A DNA stretch of 64,000 nt, from the NCBI RefSeq assembly GCF_006345805.1, contig NC_042998.1, positions 42,904,001-42,968,000 on the forward strand. Direction: 5' to 3'. Below are positions 1 through 11,780 of this stretch, one piece after another; positions within the stretch are counted from its first letter, which is position 1; the number at the start of each line of letters is the position of its first letter. Below the pieces are notes generated by a model. That model ran no database searches, had not been told where the DNA came from, and saw only the letters and a list, made by a program, of their open reading frames with translations. The position numbers were made by a program, and so were the translations under genes. The stretch comes from Octopus sinensis (lineage: Eukaryota).

Positions 1-99
1 GTATCTTTCTGTGATTGTCCCCCACACACACAAACACCACTTGACAACTGGTGTTGGTGTGTTTCTAACAGAATATGTACCAGGCTTTAAAAAAAAAAG

Positions 100-492
100 T
101 GCAGAAGTGGCTGTGTGGTACGTAGCTTGCTTACCAACCACATGGTTCCGGATTCAGTCCCACTGCATGGCATCTTGGGCAAGTGTCTTCTACTATAGCC
201 TCGGGCCAACCAAAGCCTTGTGAGTGGATTTGGTAGATGGAAACTGAAAGAAGCCCATCGTATATATATGTGTGTGTGTGTGTTTGTGTGTCTGTGTTTG
301 TCCCCCAACATCGCTTGACAACCGATGCTGGTATGTTTACATCTCCATAACTTAGTGGTTTGGCAAAAGAGACCAATAGAATAAGTACCAGGTTTACAAA
401 GAATAAGTCCTGGGGTCGATTTGCTTGACTAAAGGCGGTGCTCCAGCATGGCCACAGTCAAATTACTGAAACAAGTAAAAGAGTAAAAGAGT
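100..492 (+). mobile_element. tRNA-derived CORE-type SINE (octopus OR1/OR2-like), family 1, nested in an older related copy
   Basis: A-box/B-box head (GTGGCTGTGTGGTA...GGTTC), CORE-like CTTGGGCAAGTGTC, internal (TA)/(TG) array and (GTAAAAGA)n tail. More than 10 similar copies in the window. Confidence 0.85.
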
Positions 493-1269
493 ACCAGGGG
501 CGAATTTTTCGACTAAAAAAACTTCAAGGTGGTGCTCCAGCATGGCCGCAGTTTAATGACTGAAACAAATAAGAAAATAAAAGAAAAGAATAAGGTCAAC
601 TTTGTGTTTCATCCTCTAGAGTCAATTAAATAAAGTCCCAGTTAAGTACCAAGGTTAATTTAATCAAATTTTCCCTTTGATAAAATTTCTGATTTTGTGC
701 CCATGTTAGGTTATATCATTATTGCCGGCAGAATAAGATCGTGAGCAAGAATTGTTGTTAACACACCAGGCAACATGCTTAGCAGTATTTCATTAATCTC
801 TACATTCTGAGTTGAAATTCCACTGAAGTCAACTTTGCCAGTTGAGTACTAGAGTTGATGTAATCAACTTACCCTTCTCCATAATTGCTGGCCTTGTGCC
901 AAAATTTGAAACCATTATTACCATTACTTTCATAACCTCTATCACATACCATAACCTCATAATTATTATAAATACCATGCCTTATTATAAGTAATATAAA
1001 TAAACTATAAGCCTATAGTATAAAGATTGTAGTTATGATGTTTATAGTATATAGACTGAGGGCATATATTTCTAATATAATTATGTAATATTTTTGCTGT
1101 TAATTCCAGGAAGGTGAAGTATTAATCATACACAAGTCATTTGAAAGAACTTTTAGATGAGATGGAAGGGAAATTGATATAGTTATTAGGAAGAGCTTGA
1201 AAAGAGTTATAGTTCTGCTCTAATGTGTGTGTGTGTGTGTGTGTGGTGTGTGTGTGTGTGTGTATATAG

Positions 1270-1670
1270 TAGCTTGCTTACCAACTGGGTTCAGTCCCAC
1301 TGTGTGGTACCTTGGGTTCAGCTTGCTTACCACCTGGGTTCAGTCCCACTGCGTGTCTTCTACTATAGCCTTGGGCCGACCAAAGCCTTGTGAGTGAATT
1401 TATAGACGGAAACTGAAAGAAGCCCGTTGTATATATATATATATATGGGTATGTTTATGTTTGTGTGTCTGTGTTTGTCCCTCCGAACGTCGCTTGACAA
1501 CTGATGGTGTTGTGTTTATGTCCCCGTCACTTAGCAGTTTGGCAAGAGAGAACGATAGAATAAGTACTAGGCTTACAAAAAATAAGTCCTGGTGTTGAGT
1601 TGGTCGACTAAAGGTGGTGCTCCAGCATGGCTGCAGTCAAATGACTGTAGCAAAATAAAAGAATAAAAGA
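1270..1670 (+). mobile_element. SINE family 1 copy with a duplicated 5' segment
   Basis: Same body as 100-492; ctgggttcagtcccactg occurs twice (1286 and 1335). Confidence 0.8.
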
Positions 1671-1886
1671 CAGAAAATATATATATATATATATATTGTG
1701 GAGCGGTTGGTGTTAGGAAGGGCATCCAGCCGTAAAAATCCCTACTAAAGTTGAAACAGTAGCCTAGGGTAGTTTTTCTACCTGGCTGGCTCCTGTCAAC
1801 CGTCTTACACATGCTTGCATGCATGGAAGATGGACATTAAATGATGATAATGATGATGAAGATATATATATATATGTTTCTATATA

Positions 1887-2102
1887 TGAAGGGGTGCTGA
1901 AAAGTTCTTGGCTTTAAGGGCATTGCAAAAGGCCTGGTTGGAGACCCAACCTTCCAAGTTCTTTTACAGGGCTTAGAAAAACTGAAGGACCACCGCAATA
2001 AGTGTGTGAATCTGAGAGGGGAATATGTTTTATGGAATCACAATTAACTGATCCTCCTGTATTTTCTTTTATTCAAAGCCAGGAACTTTTCAGCACCCAC
2101 TC

Positions 2103-2103
<1 letters not shown>
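1887..2103. mobile_element. mariner-derived MITE
   Basis: TIRs of about 28 bp (gaaggggtgctgaaaagttcttggcttt / aaagccaggaacttttcagcacccactc) and an internal transposase C-terminal remnant NKCVNLRGEYV. Confidence 0.8.
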
Positions 2104-2157
<54 letters not shown>

Positions 2158-2620
2158 TATAACCCCACTCCACCACATTTCCACCACCTATTTCTCTCTC
2201 CCTCTCACTCACTTTGACTGTCTCTCTATCCCTCCTTCCTCATCTTTCTTTTCCTGCTGGGGTAGCCAAGTACATCATCTATAGTAAGACATCAATCTCT
2301 ATTTTTCTATTATACTTGAACCTCTCAACTGTCACAAAGCCACCTCCCTCAGTTCCACTCCCTCTCTCAGTTGAGAGCTCTTTGTCTTGCAAATTACATG
2401 GCAATCCTGCTGGTATTGGTGCCAAGTAAAAAGCACCTAGTGCACTTTATAAAGTGATTGGCATTAGGAAGGGTATCCAGCTGTAAAAATCATACCAAGG
2501 CAGACAGTGGAGCCAGGTGCAGCTCTCTAGCTTGCCAGCTCCTGTCAAACTGTCTAACCTATGCTGGCATGGAAGATGGACATTAAATGATACTACTGAT
2601 GCTAAGGAAAGCGCATATAT

Positions 2621-3027
2621 ACTTTTTACTCTTTTACATGTTTCAGTCATTTGACTGCGGCCATGCTGGAGCACCGCCTTTAGTCGAGTAAATCGACCCT
2701 GGGACTTATATTTTGTAAGCCCAGTACTTATTCTATCAGTCTCTTTTGCTGAACCGCTAAGTGACGGGGATGTAAATACACCAGCATCGGTTGTCAAGCA
2801 ATGCTAGAGGGACAAACACATACACACAAACATATACACACACATGCATATATATACATATATACGACAGGCTTATTTCAATTTCCGTCTACCAAATCCA
2901 CTCACAAGGCTTTGGTCAGCCCGAGGCTATAGCAGAAGACACTTGCCCAAGGTGCCACGCAGTGGGACTGAACCCGGAACCATGTGGTTGGTTAGCAAGC
3001 TACTTACCACACAGCCACTCCTGCGCC
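2621..3027 (-). mobile_element. SINE family 1, full length
   Basis: Reverse complement of the 100-492 element. Confidence 0.85.
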
Positions 3028-3064
3028 TATGTATATATGTATATATGTCTTCTATTTTTTAATT

Positions 3065-3552
3065 ATTATAAATCTTCCACCGGAGAGTGAGCTAGTTACC
3101 AAAAAAGGTACAAGGCTTTATCTTTGGGATGTAGTTAACAGAGACAAATTCACATTTGGAACTCGAGAAAAGTCTTGCATATTTTTACTGCTTCACTCAC
3201 AGATTGTACTTGTAATGTACAAATTAGCCGGTCAATTTCACTTTCTGAAAATCCCAGTTTATCTAGATTCTCCTTTAAGCATTTACTAACAAGTACTCAA
3301 TTATTTTTGGTATGAATATGAACTCATAGTCTGGATATAGACGCTGGAGGTTTCAAAGCAGTTGTCCATAGATATCCTCTTTTTCTTTTATTTTCAAAGA
3401 GATATCTGCAGGGCATCTGACCTCTATGAGGATATTTACCTTTGCCCCTCTGTCTCAGACAACAATATCCAGCCTGTTATGTTTACATTTGACAGAAGTT
3501 TTGATGGGAATATTCCACCAGTATTCCTTGAGTTGGTGTTTATTAATGTATT
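3065..3552 (-). mobile_element. 3' fragment of a restriction-like-endonuclease LINE (R4/Dong-like), decayed
   Basis: Manual minus-strand translation gives KHNRLDIVV*DRGAKVNILIEVRCPAD...EKEDIYGQLL*NLQRLYPDYEFIFIP, then after a frameshift KCLKENLDKLGFS...LQVQSVSEAVKICKTFLEFQM* (stop 3150-3152). This fits the (P)D..E..K RLE motif. It abuts a (CAT)n tract at 3553-3573. Confidence 0.75.
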
Positions 3553-3675
3553 CCATCATCATCATCATCATCATTTTAACAGAGGGATTTTCTAAGTTTA
3601 TTTCAAGATAGTCTTTTTTGTGGCTGACATTGTAAATTGTATGTATGTATGTATGTATGTATGTATGTATGTATT

Positions 3676-4040
3676 ATGCCAGGTCACTTTTGAGTGCTAC
3701 TGGTAACATGTAACCCAGTACAACCTGTTGCATGGTTGGGTTGTCGGCGACTAAACTGGCAACCCCACCAAGCTTGCTTGGTGAGGAGGGTGTTTATTGG
3801 ACACCCTGCGGGATGAAAAACAAAACCTGTCAAAGGGTGGAGGAACTCTTGAGAGTCAACGGCCATCCAATAAATGCGCAGGGATATAGAAATAATCGAA
3901 CTGAATACCCGATCACGTGGTTAAACCTTTGGGAGTGAAGGACTCCTAGCCTTTGTTTGGGCATCCTTCTAGGAGAAGGTAACTCAGGTAACTGGGATAA
4001 CTCCGACATAAAACCTGCGGCTCAGTGGTTACTGATGATG
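3676..4040 (+). mobile_element. GC-rich, hairpin-dense element resembling an RTE 5'UTR, with short (GAT)n tail
   Basis: Begins right after a (TATG)n tract, contains tctaggagaaggtaactc (RTE-5'UTR-like from memory) and ends in ctgatgatg. Single copy in the window. Confidence 0.45.
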
Positions 4041-4927
4041 TTGACTTGTTCTTCTTTTTGGATTATGGCTACTGTTGCTTAGTGAGTGGGATTGACTCAG
4101 TTCACAGCCTTTCCTCACTTTAAAAATAATCTTCTTGCACAGGCATTGCACGATAGCAACATTGATTAAGCTTCGTGCAATGACTATACTCGATAACGAG
4201 GGGGCAGCCACCATGTATGTATGTATGTATGTATGTATGTATGTATGTATGTATGTATGTATGTATGTTTGCATGCATGTATGCATGTGTGCATGTATGT
4301 ATATATGCATGTATGTATGAATCATCATCATCATCATCATTTAACATCTGCTTTCTATGCTGGCATGTGTTAGATGGTTTGACAGCAACTGGCAAACCAG
4401 AAGACTGCACAAAGCTATATTGCCTGCTTTGGCATGGTTTCTACAACTGGATAATGATATAAGGCTACAGTAGAAAACACTTGTCCAAGGTACCACGCAG
4501 TAGAATTGAATCTAGAACGATTTGGTTGAGAAGCAAACTTCTTACCACACAGCCACAACTGTGCCTATGAAAGAAAATTATTTTAAATTGCCTGCAGGCA
4601 GAATTGAACCCCATACCTGTTAGATACTGGCTGAATGCCCTGTACCATTAAGCTAAATGGCCCCTGACATTATAAAAATTTAGAAACTTTGAAGTATATG
4701 AAGTAATATAATTTTAATGATGAATTTTGAAGTAGATAAAGTTATATTTAGTAACATATAGAATATTGGATCAAAAACATTCTTGGATGAAAGAAAGTTG
4801 AAGGCTACTGCTTGGACAGAAAATTTGTTATACAGGTGATATGCCTGTCTTTGACTTTTTTACCATCTAAAGAATTTTTTTGTAACCCAATATTCTACAC
4901 ATTATTTACATTATATACATATGTGTG

Positions 4928-4975
<48 letters not shown>

Positions 4976-5454
4976 GTTAAGCAGTGAATAACATAAAATG
5001 AAGGCCATTTTAGGTCAGCTTTGTGTAGTTGAATTTGTGACCTGGATTTTTATTTCACTTCACACATGTCGCTTGAGAAAAACAAAATATCCCAACATCC
5101 TTCATGCATCACCTCTGCCATTTAACAAATCTCAGATATCATGTCTAGTCATAAGAAATCAATAAAAGACTGGAAAGGGGACCCCAAATGTAATAATTGA
5201 GATTGTGTTTTAGGAGAGAAGTAGAGATTTGAGTATAATGGCTGGTTTTGAGTGATGTTATTTAACTGCAGTTCAATCCTCACTGAGTAAACTTATGAAC
5301 AAAAGCATTCCAGTCATGACCATCCCATCATTCAATCAGATAATGCAGCCAAAACTATATTATTCAATGTATCCTTCTCCTTTTAAGATGGAAGAGTGTA
5401 ATGTAAAAGAGAGATTTTGTTGTGAATTCTAGCCATTTGAGCAACAGGAAAAAA

Positions 5455-5712
5455 CAGTGGTTCTCAACCATTTTTTTTTTCACCTGTGGGCCCCCTTGAT
5501 TCCTATTTTACTCAGGTGAACCCTCAAAACAAGTCAATGCTTAAAAATTCCTATTATATTTTTATAATTGAATAACATTAGAATTGTATAAAAACTTTGT
5601 TGGAATATTTTGTGTTTTGTAGAATTATAACCAATTTATTGCTCTTAAACCTTAACAACAAAATCTTATGTGATTCCCCAAGGGTCACGTGGACCCAGGT
5701 TGAAAACCACAG
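5455..5712. mobile_element. hAT/Charlie-like MITE
   Basis: TIRs CAGTGGTTCTCAACC / GGTTGAAAACCACAG (13/15 match). TSD not recognisable. Confidence 0.7.
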
Positions 5713-7522
5713 GTGTTTTGAAGTTAGGGTTTTTTTTGTGATAATAATAAAATAATTATAATGAAGATACTGTTTTATTGCTGGTCATGAGGTAAAATTT
5801 GTCACGGAGTGAGTGTGGGGTAGGGGCAGACCTTTTTAATTAAGTAAATTAGTTCTGCTTGCATGTAATCTGCAGTACTAATGATCTCCAATTATTTTAA
5901 CTTCAATAAGTTTATAAAGACATAATTCAAATAGTTGAATATTTCAATTTTGGAATTTCTATTCATGCATATCTTGACTTATCTCCATTCTCAGTCCCTG
6001 ACTTTCTGTCATCTGATGATGCTTTTTCACACTTTAAAACTATCAAACCTTTCCACCACCATTTCTTAGCCAATCCAATCCAATCTTATCCAATCCCATC
6101 CTGTTTCATCTGAAACCATCCATCCACCCATCCAGCCAGCCAGTCAGCCCAATCCATCCATCCCTTCTTCCCATTCCCAATATTCTGTGGAAATATATCT
6201 GGCAATGAGGAAATATTTCTTTGCTTGGTGGCAGGTAAGAGTTGGCAACAGGAAAAGCACCCAGCCATAGAAAATCTGCCTAAATAAATTCCACTTGATC
6301 CATGCAAGCATGGAAAAGTGAACATTGAAATAATGATGATCATGGTCATGTTTTAAATAACAAATCTACTTGAATTTTTTGAGCAGTTACTGTAAAAATG
6401 AAATGACTGAATGGATAAGCTGTTTGAATATAAGCTCATATTGTAAGTACTTAACTACTGCAGATGTTCCATTATTATTTAAAATCAGGAAATCAAATTC
6501 TACATGAACCACTCAATTTGAATTCTCAGGATACATCATACATCCTTAGGTTTTTATGCATGCTGAGAAAAGACAGTGGAAAAACCTGTCAAGTTCATTA
6601 AAAAAAAATACTACTCATAACCCAATTATCAAATGCTGCATTGATACAATATTTATCAGCACAGCTCAGTTAGGAATTGTGAATCAATGTTGGTATTTTA
6701 CAAATCTACTTAAGTAGGCAGTGACTTAGCTGAATCATTTGAGCATCAAAGAGAAATGAGTGTCTTGTGGTATTTTGTCTCCCTCTCTGCATCATTTTGA
6801 GCTCAATTTTGACTAAGGTCACCTTTGCTTTTCATACTTTCTTGGTCATTAAAAAGACCAACCCAGGTTGTGGATTAGCAGAATTTCTAGAATATCGTAC
6901 CAGTTGCTTTATTTGTTCTGCCTCATGGTGTTCTTAGTTCAAATTCCACCATAGTCTACTAAGGTTGTAGATATGGTTAAACACCACTACCCAGCAGTTT
7001 GGATTCCATCAGCAGGGTCTTCTTTGTTGCAGCATCTGAGCCAATCTCCTCTCTCTCTCTCTCTCTCTCCTTTGCACCAGTCATGGAGTCCCTGTGAAGG
7101 ATTAATGGACACTAACTTAACTCTTTCTTCACTAAATGGTCAAAATAATTACAAATGAAATCATGCCTTCTTTTTAAACATGACATAAATGTAATATTTC
7201 GTTAAATTATTTCTTTTCCAATACTTCTTGTGGCTAGAAAGCTCACTTTGCAACCATGTAGGTTCATGTTCTTCCCCACGGTGTGGCACCTTGAGCAAGT
7301 ATCTTTTGCTATAGCACCAAGCCAACCAATGGTGGCCTGTTATATATATATATATATATATATATAATAATGAACTTATTGTATACAGTGTTTCATTTTA
7401 TGTGCTCTATTTATACATTTGGCTTTCATTGCTGTCTGTCTGTCCTCTCTTTTACCCTTTTCTGACGGGCTTTGTGCACCTGCATACTGTTATATAATAA
7501 GCTCATTATCATTATATCATAT

Positions 7523-7741
7523 GTCAAGGCGGTGAGCTAGCAGAATTGTTAGCATGCTGGGCAAGATGCTTAGCAGCATTTTGTCTGTCTTTACATTCTG
7601 AGTTCAAATTCCACTGGGGTTGACTTTGCTTTTCATCCTTTCAGGGTTGATGAATTTAGTACCAGAGAAACACAGAGCTCAATGTAATCGACTAGTTCCC
7701 TCCCACAAATTTCAGGCCTTGTACCTTTAGTAGAAAGGATT
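7523..7741 (+). mobile_element. tRNA-derived SINE family 2 with (ATT)n tail
   Basis: Head ggcggtgagctagcagaat..., B-box GAGTTCAAATTCC, tail ggccttgtacctttagtagaaagg; 12-bp TSD ATTATATCATAT (7511-7522 / 7742-7753). Other plus copies at about 725-915, 7881-8085 and 11795-11960. Confidence 0.85.
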
Positions 7742-8100
7742 ATTATATCATATATAATCATATTGGTGCTTGGCACAGCCTGACACAGCCATCTGGTTCG
7801 CCAGTCCTCAGTCAAATTGTCCAACCCATGCTAGCATGGAAAGCGGATGTTAAAGGATGATGATGATGATGATATCATTAAGATGGTGTGCTGGCAGAGT
7901 AATTAGCACATTGTATGAAATGCTTATTGGCATTTCTTTCTGAGTTCAAATTCCACAAGGTCAATTTTTCCTTTCATCATTTTGGGGTTGATAAAATATG
8001 TACCAGTTAAGCTTTGGGGTCGATATAATTGACTGACTCCCTGGCATAAAATTGCTGGCTTTATGCCAAAATTTGGAACCATTATATTATATGTTATTAG

Positions 8101-11100
8101 ATAATATAATAATAATAATAATAATAATTGTGTACAGTGCTCAGGTGCACTACAACTCATCTAAAGTGTATATATAATCAGGTGTAGTTTCGGCGGATTT
8201 CGGAAAGCATGAGGGCCTTAAAAGATGCAGTGTCATGGCAGTCAACAACTGACGCAGGCAGTTTATTCCATGCTTGAGCAACTCTGAGCGTGAAAAAATG
8301 TTTCCGAAAGTCATGGGAGCTGTATTGTTTTCTGACTTTGTAGGCATGTCCACGTGTGTTAGACACATGGAGATCAAAAAGGTGTTGTTGTTGGTGAGGT
8401 GGTTGATAACTTTGTGGGTGTTTACCAAGTCCGTCGCCAAACGCCGGAGCTTCAGTGAATCCATGCCCAGGGAAACAAGGCGCTCAGAATATGGTAGGTG
8501 TCTGATGGAGGGTATGCGTTTGGTTGCACGTCTCTGGACAGATTCCAGGAGGTCAATGTTCTGTGCAAGATAGGGGTTCCAAACTGATGATGCGAATTCC
8601 AAGTGTGGTCGTACCATAGCTGTATACAGTTTTAAATAGATGGCTGGAGAGCGGCTAACAAAAGGCCTGCTGAGTGATGCCAAGACACCCTCGGCCTTCC
8701 TGACAATCTTAGAGAAATGCTTTGACCAACGCAAATCACTGCTGACAGTGATGCCTAGGTCACGCTCGCAAGAGGATTTCTTGATATCAGTGTTGTGGAG
8801 GGAGTATGTGAATGCAGGGTTTTTTCTCCCAAAATGCATGGTGGTACACTTGTCCACAGCCAGTTTCAGTTGCCAGTCTGTGATCCATTGCTGCATTGTG
8901 TCTAGGTCTGATTGCAGGAAAGAGTTGTAGACATCAGGATCTGTCCTCTTGATTTCAAGGTACAGCTTGATGTCGTCTGCATATTTCAATACTGTGGCAT
9001 TCTTTAAATTGGCATCTATGTCGTTAATGTATGCCACAAACAAGAGGGGACCAAGGACAGATCCCTGTGGTACACCCGATGACATCTCATATGGTGTAGA
9101 GTGCTGTCCTAGAACTGTGACTACCTCCTTTCGGCTGAGGATGAAGGATTTCAACCAGTTAAAAAGGTCATCCCCCACACCCATTGCAGAGAGTTTCACC
9201 ATAAGCCTTTTGTGTGGCACAGAGTTGAAAGCCTTAGCAAAGTCAAGGTAGACAACATCCACCCATGAGTCACTGTCAGTAATCTGAGTAATGTCCTCAA
9301 GGAACTCGACAAGCTGGTCACTGCAGCTGGAGTTAGGGACAAATCCATATTGTGAGGGTCGGATGAGACTGTGAGAGCTCCAGAAGTTCCAGAGTGTTTC
9401 TCTGACACACGATTCCATCAGTTTTGCAATACAGCTAGTGAGACTGACTGGGCGATAGTTGACAGGTGATGTGCGGTCGCCCTTTTTGAACAGAGGAATG
9501 ACACTGGCAGTTTTCCACTGCTCCGGAGTAGCACCATTGTTGAGACAGTACTGGAAGAAAATAGAAAGCTGGTGTAAAAGGAAGTGCCTGCCACGTTTGA
9601 GAAGCAGGTATGTAACTCCATCGAGACCAGGGGAGGCATAGTTGCGCTTATTTTGAAGGTGACGTCGCAGCATTGCAGGTGTAAATTCCATAGTTGTTAT
9701 GGAGTTTGCTGTTAGTGATGGTGAAGATGGTACATTTTGACTTTCAACAGTGAATATGTTTGCATAGCACTCGGCAATGAGTTCTGCGCATTCCTTGGGG
9801 TCGTCAGTGATCTGGTTTGTGTGAGGGTTGCGAAGAGGGCCCACTGGAGAGTGAGGTCTCTGCTTTGAGTGCACATATTTCCAGAAAACCTTGCTGTCAG
9901 GATTGGCTGCTATGCACTGTTCAAATTCAAGCACTGCTTTTTTTGTCACTTGCTTGAGATGGTTGGAGGATTTATTCCGCTTCTTCCTGTTGGTGTCTGA
10001 TTTATGCAACCTGTATTCCCGTTCAGCAGTCCGACGTTCCCTCCTGGCAAGTCGGACCGCTGAAGTTTCCCAAATTGCCCTTTTGGGGCGGTTCTTCTTT
10101 TTTTGTTTACGTGGCACTGATGCTGCACATGCTGCCCATATTGAGTCCAGGATACTCTGGAGTATAGTATTCACATCTCCAGAGTTGTAGAATTCACGCC
10201 AGTTTGGGTGCTGTAGTTCAGTGTGGTACAGGTTCCAATCTGCTCTCTTCCAATCGAAGGAAGCATATTGGAGATGGTTCAGGTTTTTGTTGCCCGCAAG
10301 AGCCAGATTGGCGATGATCATAGCATGATCAGAGTCACCTAGAGGTTCCTCCGTAGTGCAATTGATAACCGCTTCAGGAGTTGTGGTGAAGAGCAGGTCC
10401 AAGGTGTTGTCGCCTCTTGTTGGAGAGGTGACTACTTGTGACCAGTTTGAGTCCAGCACAAGCTCAACAAAATCGTTTGCACTCTGTGGCCAATGGAAGG
10501 TCTCCCAATCGATCTCAGGATGATTGAAATCGCCTGCAATAAACACATAAGTGGCTGTTTTCCTGGCAGCAGCTCGGAGGACATTGCAAAGCTGTGTGTC
10601 CCGATAAACAACGCCAAGCAGGAGTGTTGACATGGTCATACGCACGTCACAGAAAAAAACTTCTTCTTGTGATTCGTTCAAATCGGCACAAGGAATTACC
10701 AAAAAATTTGAACGAACGTAGACCATCACACCACCACCATGGCGGTTAGTGCGGTCCTTACGGAAGAGGTTGTATCCCGTAATGTTGAAAACCCCATCAC
10801 AGAGTAAGGAATGCGCCCATGTTTCCGTGACAGTGATGAAGTCAGGGTCAACACTTCTGACGTAGGCGTTGAACAAATGTATTTTGTTGCATAAACTGCG
10901 AGCATTTAAGGACAACAATTTGTACCCTGCTCGCAGTTTATGATGGTGTGTAGAGGATGGCAGGTTGTTCTGGCTTAGTTTCCCTGAGTTGCTGTAGTCT
11001 TTTTAGTTATTGTGGGTAGAGAGCACTCAGACCAGCTGGTATCTCTCTTCCACGTTTCAGCAGTCTTGACAAATCTCCAGATTTGTCCATCTTCCCGAAG

Positions 11101-11195
11101 ACTGAAGCTTTCCTGTAGAGCTGAGTTCCTATTCAGGGAAGCCACTACACGTAGCTTCGGACGTACATCGGACGGTAAGCCTGGGCGTGTTCAAA
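8101..11195 (-). mobile_element. CR1-type LINE, 5'-truncated within ORF1, with near-intact ORF2 and (ATT)n tail
   Basis: ORF1 C-terminal fragment 11190-10975 (71 codons plus TAA, ends ...TATQGN*), then ORF2 APE+RT, a short 3'UTR with stem-loop AGTGC-loop-GCACT (plus 8136-8151) and an (ATT)n tail at 8101-8128. No convincing TSD found. Confidence 0.93.
8178..10918 (-). pseudogene. LINE ORF2: apurinic endonuclease plus reverse transcriptase, one frameshift near the C-terminus
   Basis: APE motifs LNARS, ITVTETW, GGGV, GDFN, TLDL, SDH; RT motifs YLDFAKAF, GVPQGSVLGPLLF, YADD. The typical CR1 C-terminus (NTRGHAYK...RKHFFTLRVAQAWNKLP...FK) is in a different frame (track ORF 8178..8366), so the frameshift lies at about 8375-8390. 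Confidence 0.92.
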
Positions 11196-11520
11196 AGAAA
11201 ATAAATTAGTTGATATGATAAAGTACAGTGAATATCTAACAGTATGTTTCAAATTTAGATCCTGACAGAATTTCATCTTTTAACCACCAAAGTTCATAAA
11301 ATAGATACTTGTAATACATCAGGGTCAATTCAGTTGATATTTCTGTTCCTTTTATAAACTGACCTTGTATCAAACTGTGAAATCAATATCAGATAGATTT
11401 CTATATTTTATACAATTTGATACTTTTATCACTGTTGTCATTGTTGTCATGATCACCACCATCATCATCATCATTGCTGTCTAGGTAATGTTATTTTTAA
11501 TACACTAAAGCAGTAAGCTG

Positions 11521-11780
11521 GTGGAGGCATGTGGCTTAGTGATTAGGGTGTCAGCATCATGATCGTAAGATTGTGGTTTCAATTCCTGGACCAGTTGACG
11601 CGTTGTGTTCTTGAACAAAACATTTCATTTCATGTTGCTCCAGTCCACTCAGCTGGCAAAAATGAGTAATGCTGTGATGGACTTGCATCCCATCCAGCTG
11701 GGGAACACATACGCCATTGAAACCGGGAAACCAGGCCCCTGAGCCTGGCTACGCTTTAAAAGGGTGCATTTATTTATTAT
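11521..11780 (+). mobile_element. tRNA-derived SINE family 3 (V-/Meta-SINE-like central domain)
   Basis: tRNA head gtggcttagtg...ggtttcaattcc and central ttgtgttcttgaacaaaac...gctccagtccactcagctgg...aatgagta. Related minus-strand copies at about 20092-20385, 24520-24693 and 27110-27417. The superfamily label is tentative. Confidence 0.7.

Noticed and set aside
8085-11215. Target-site duplication for the CR1 LINE
   Set aside because: The only candidates are AT-rich near-matches expected by chance.
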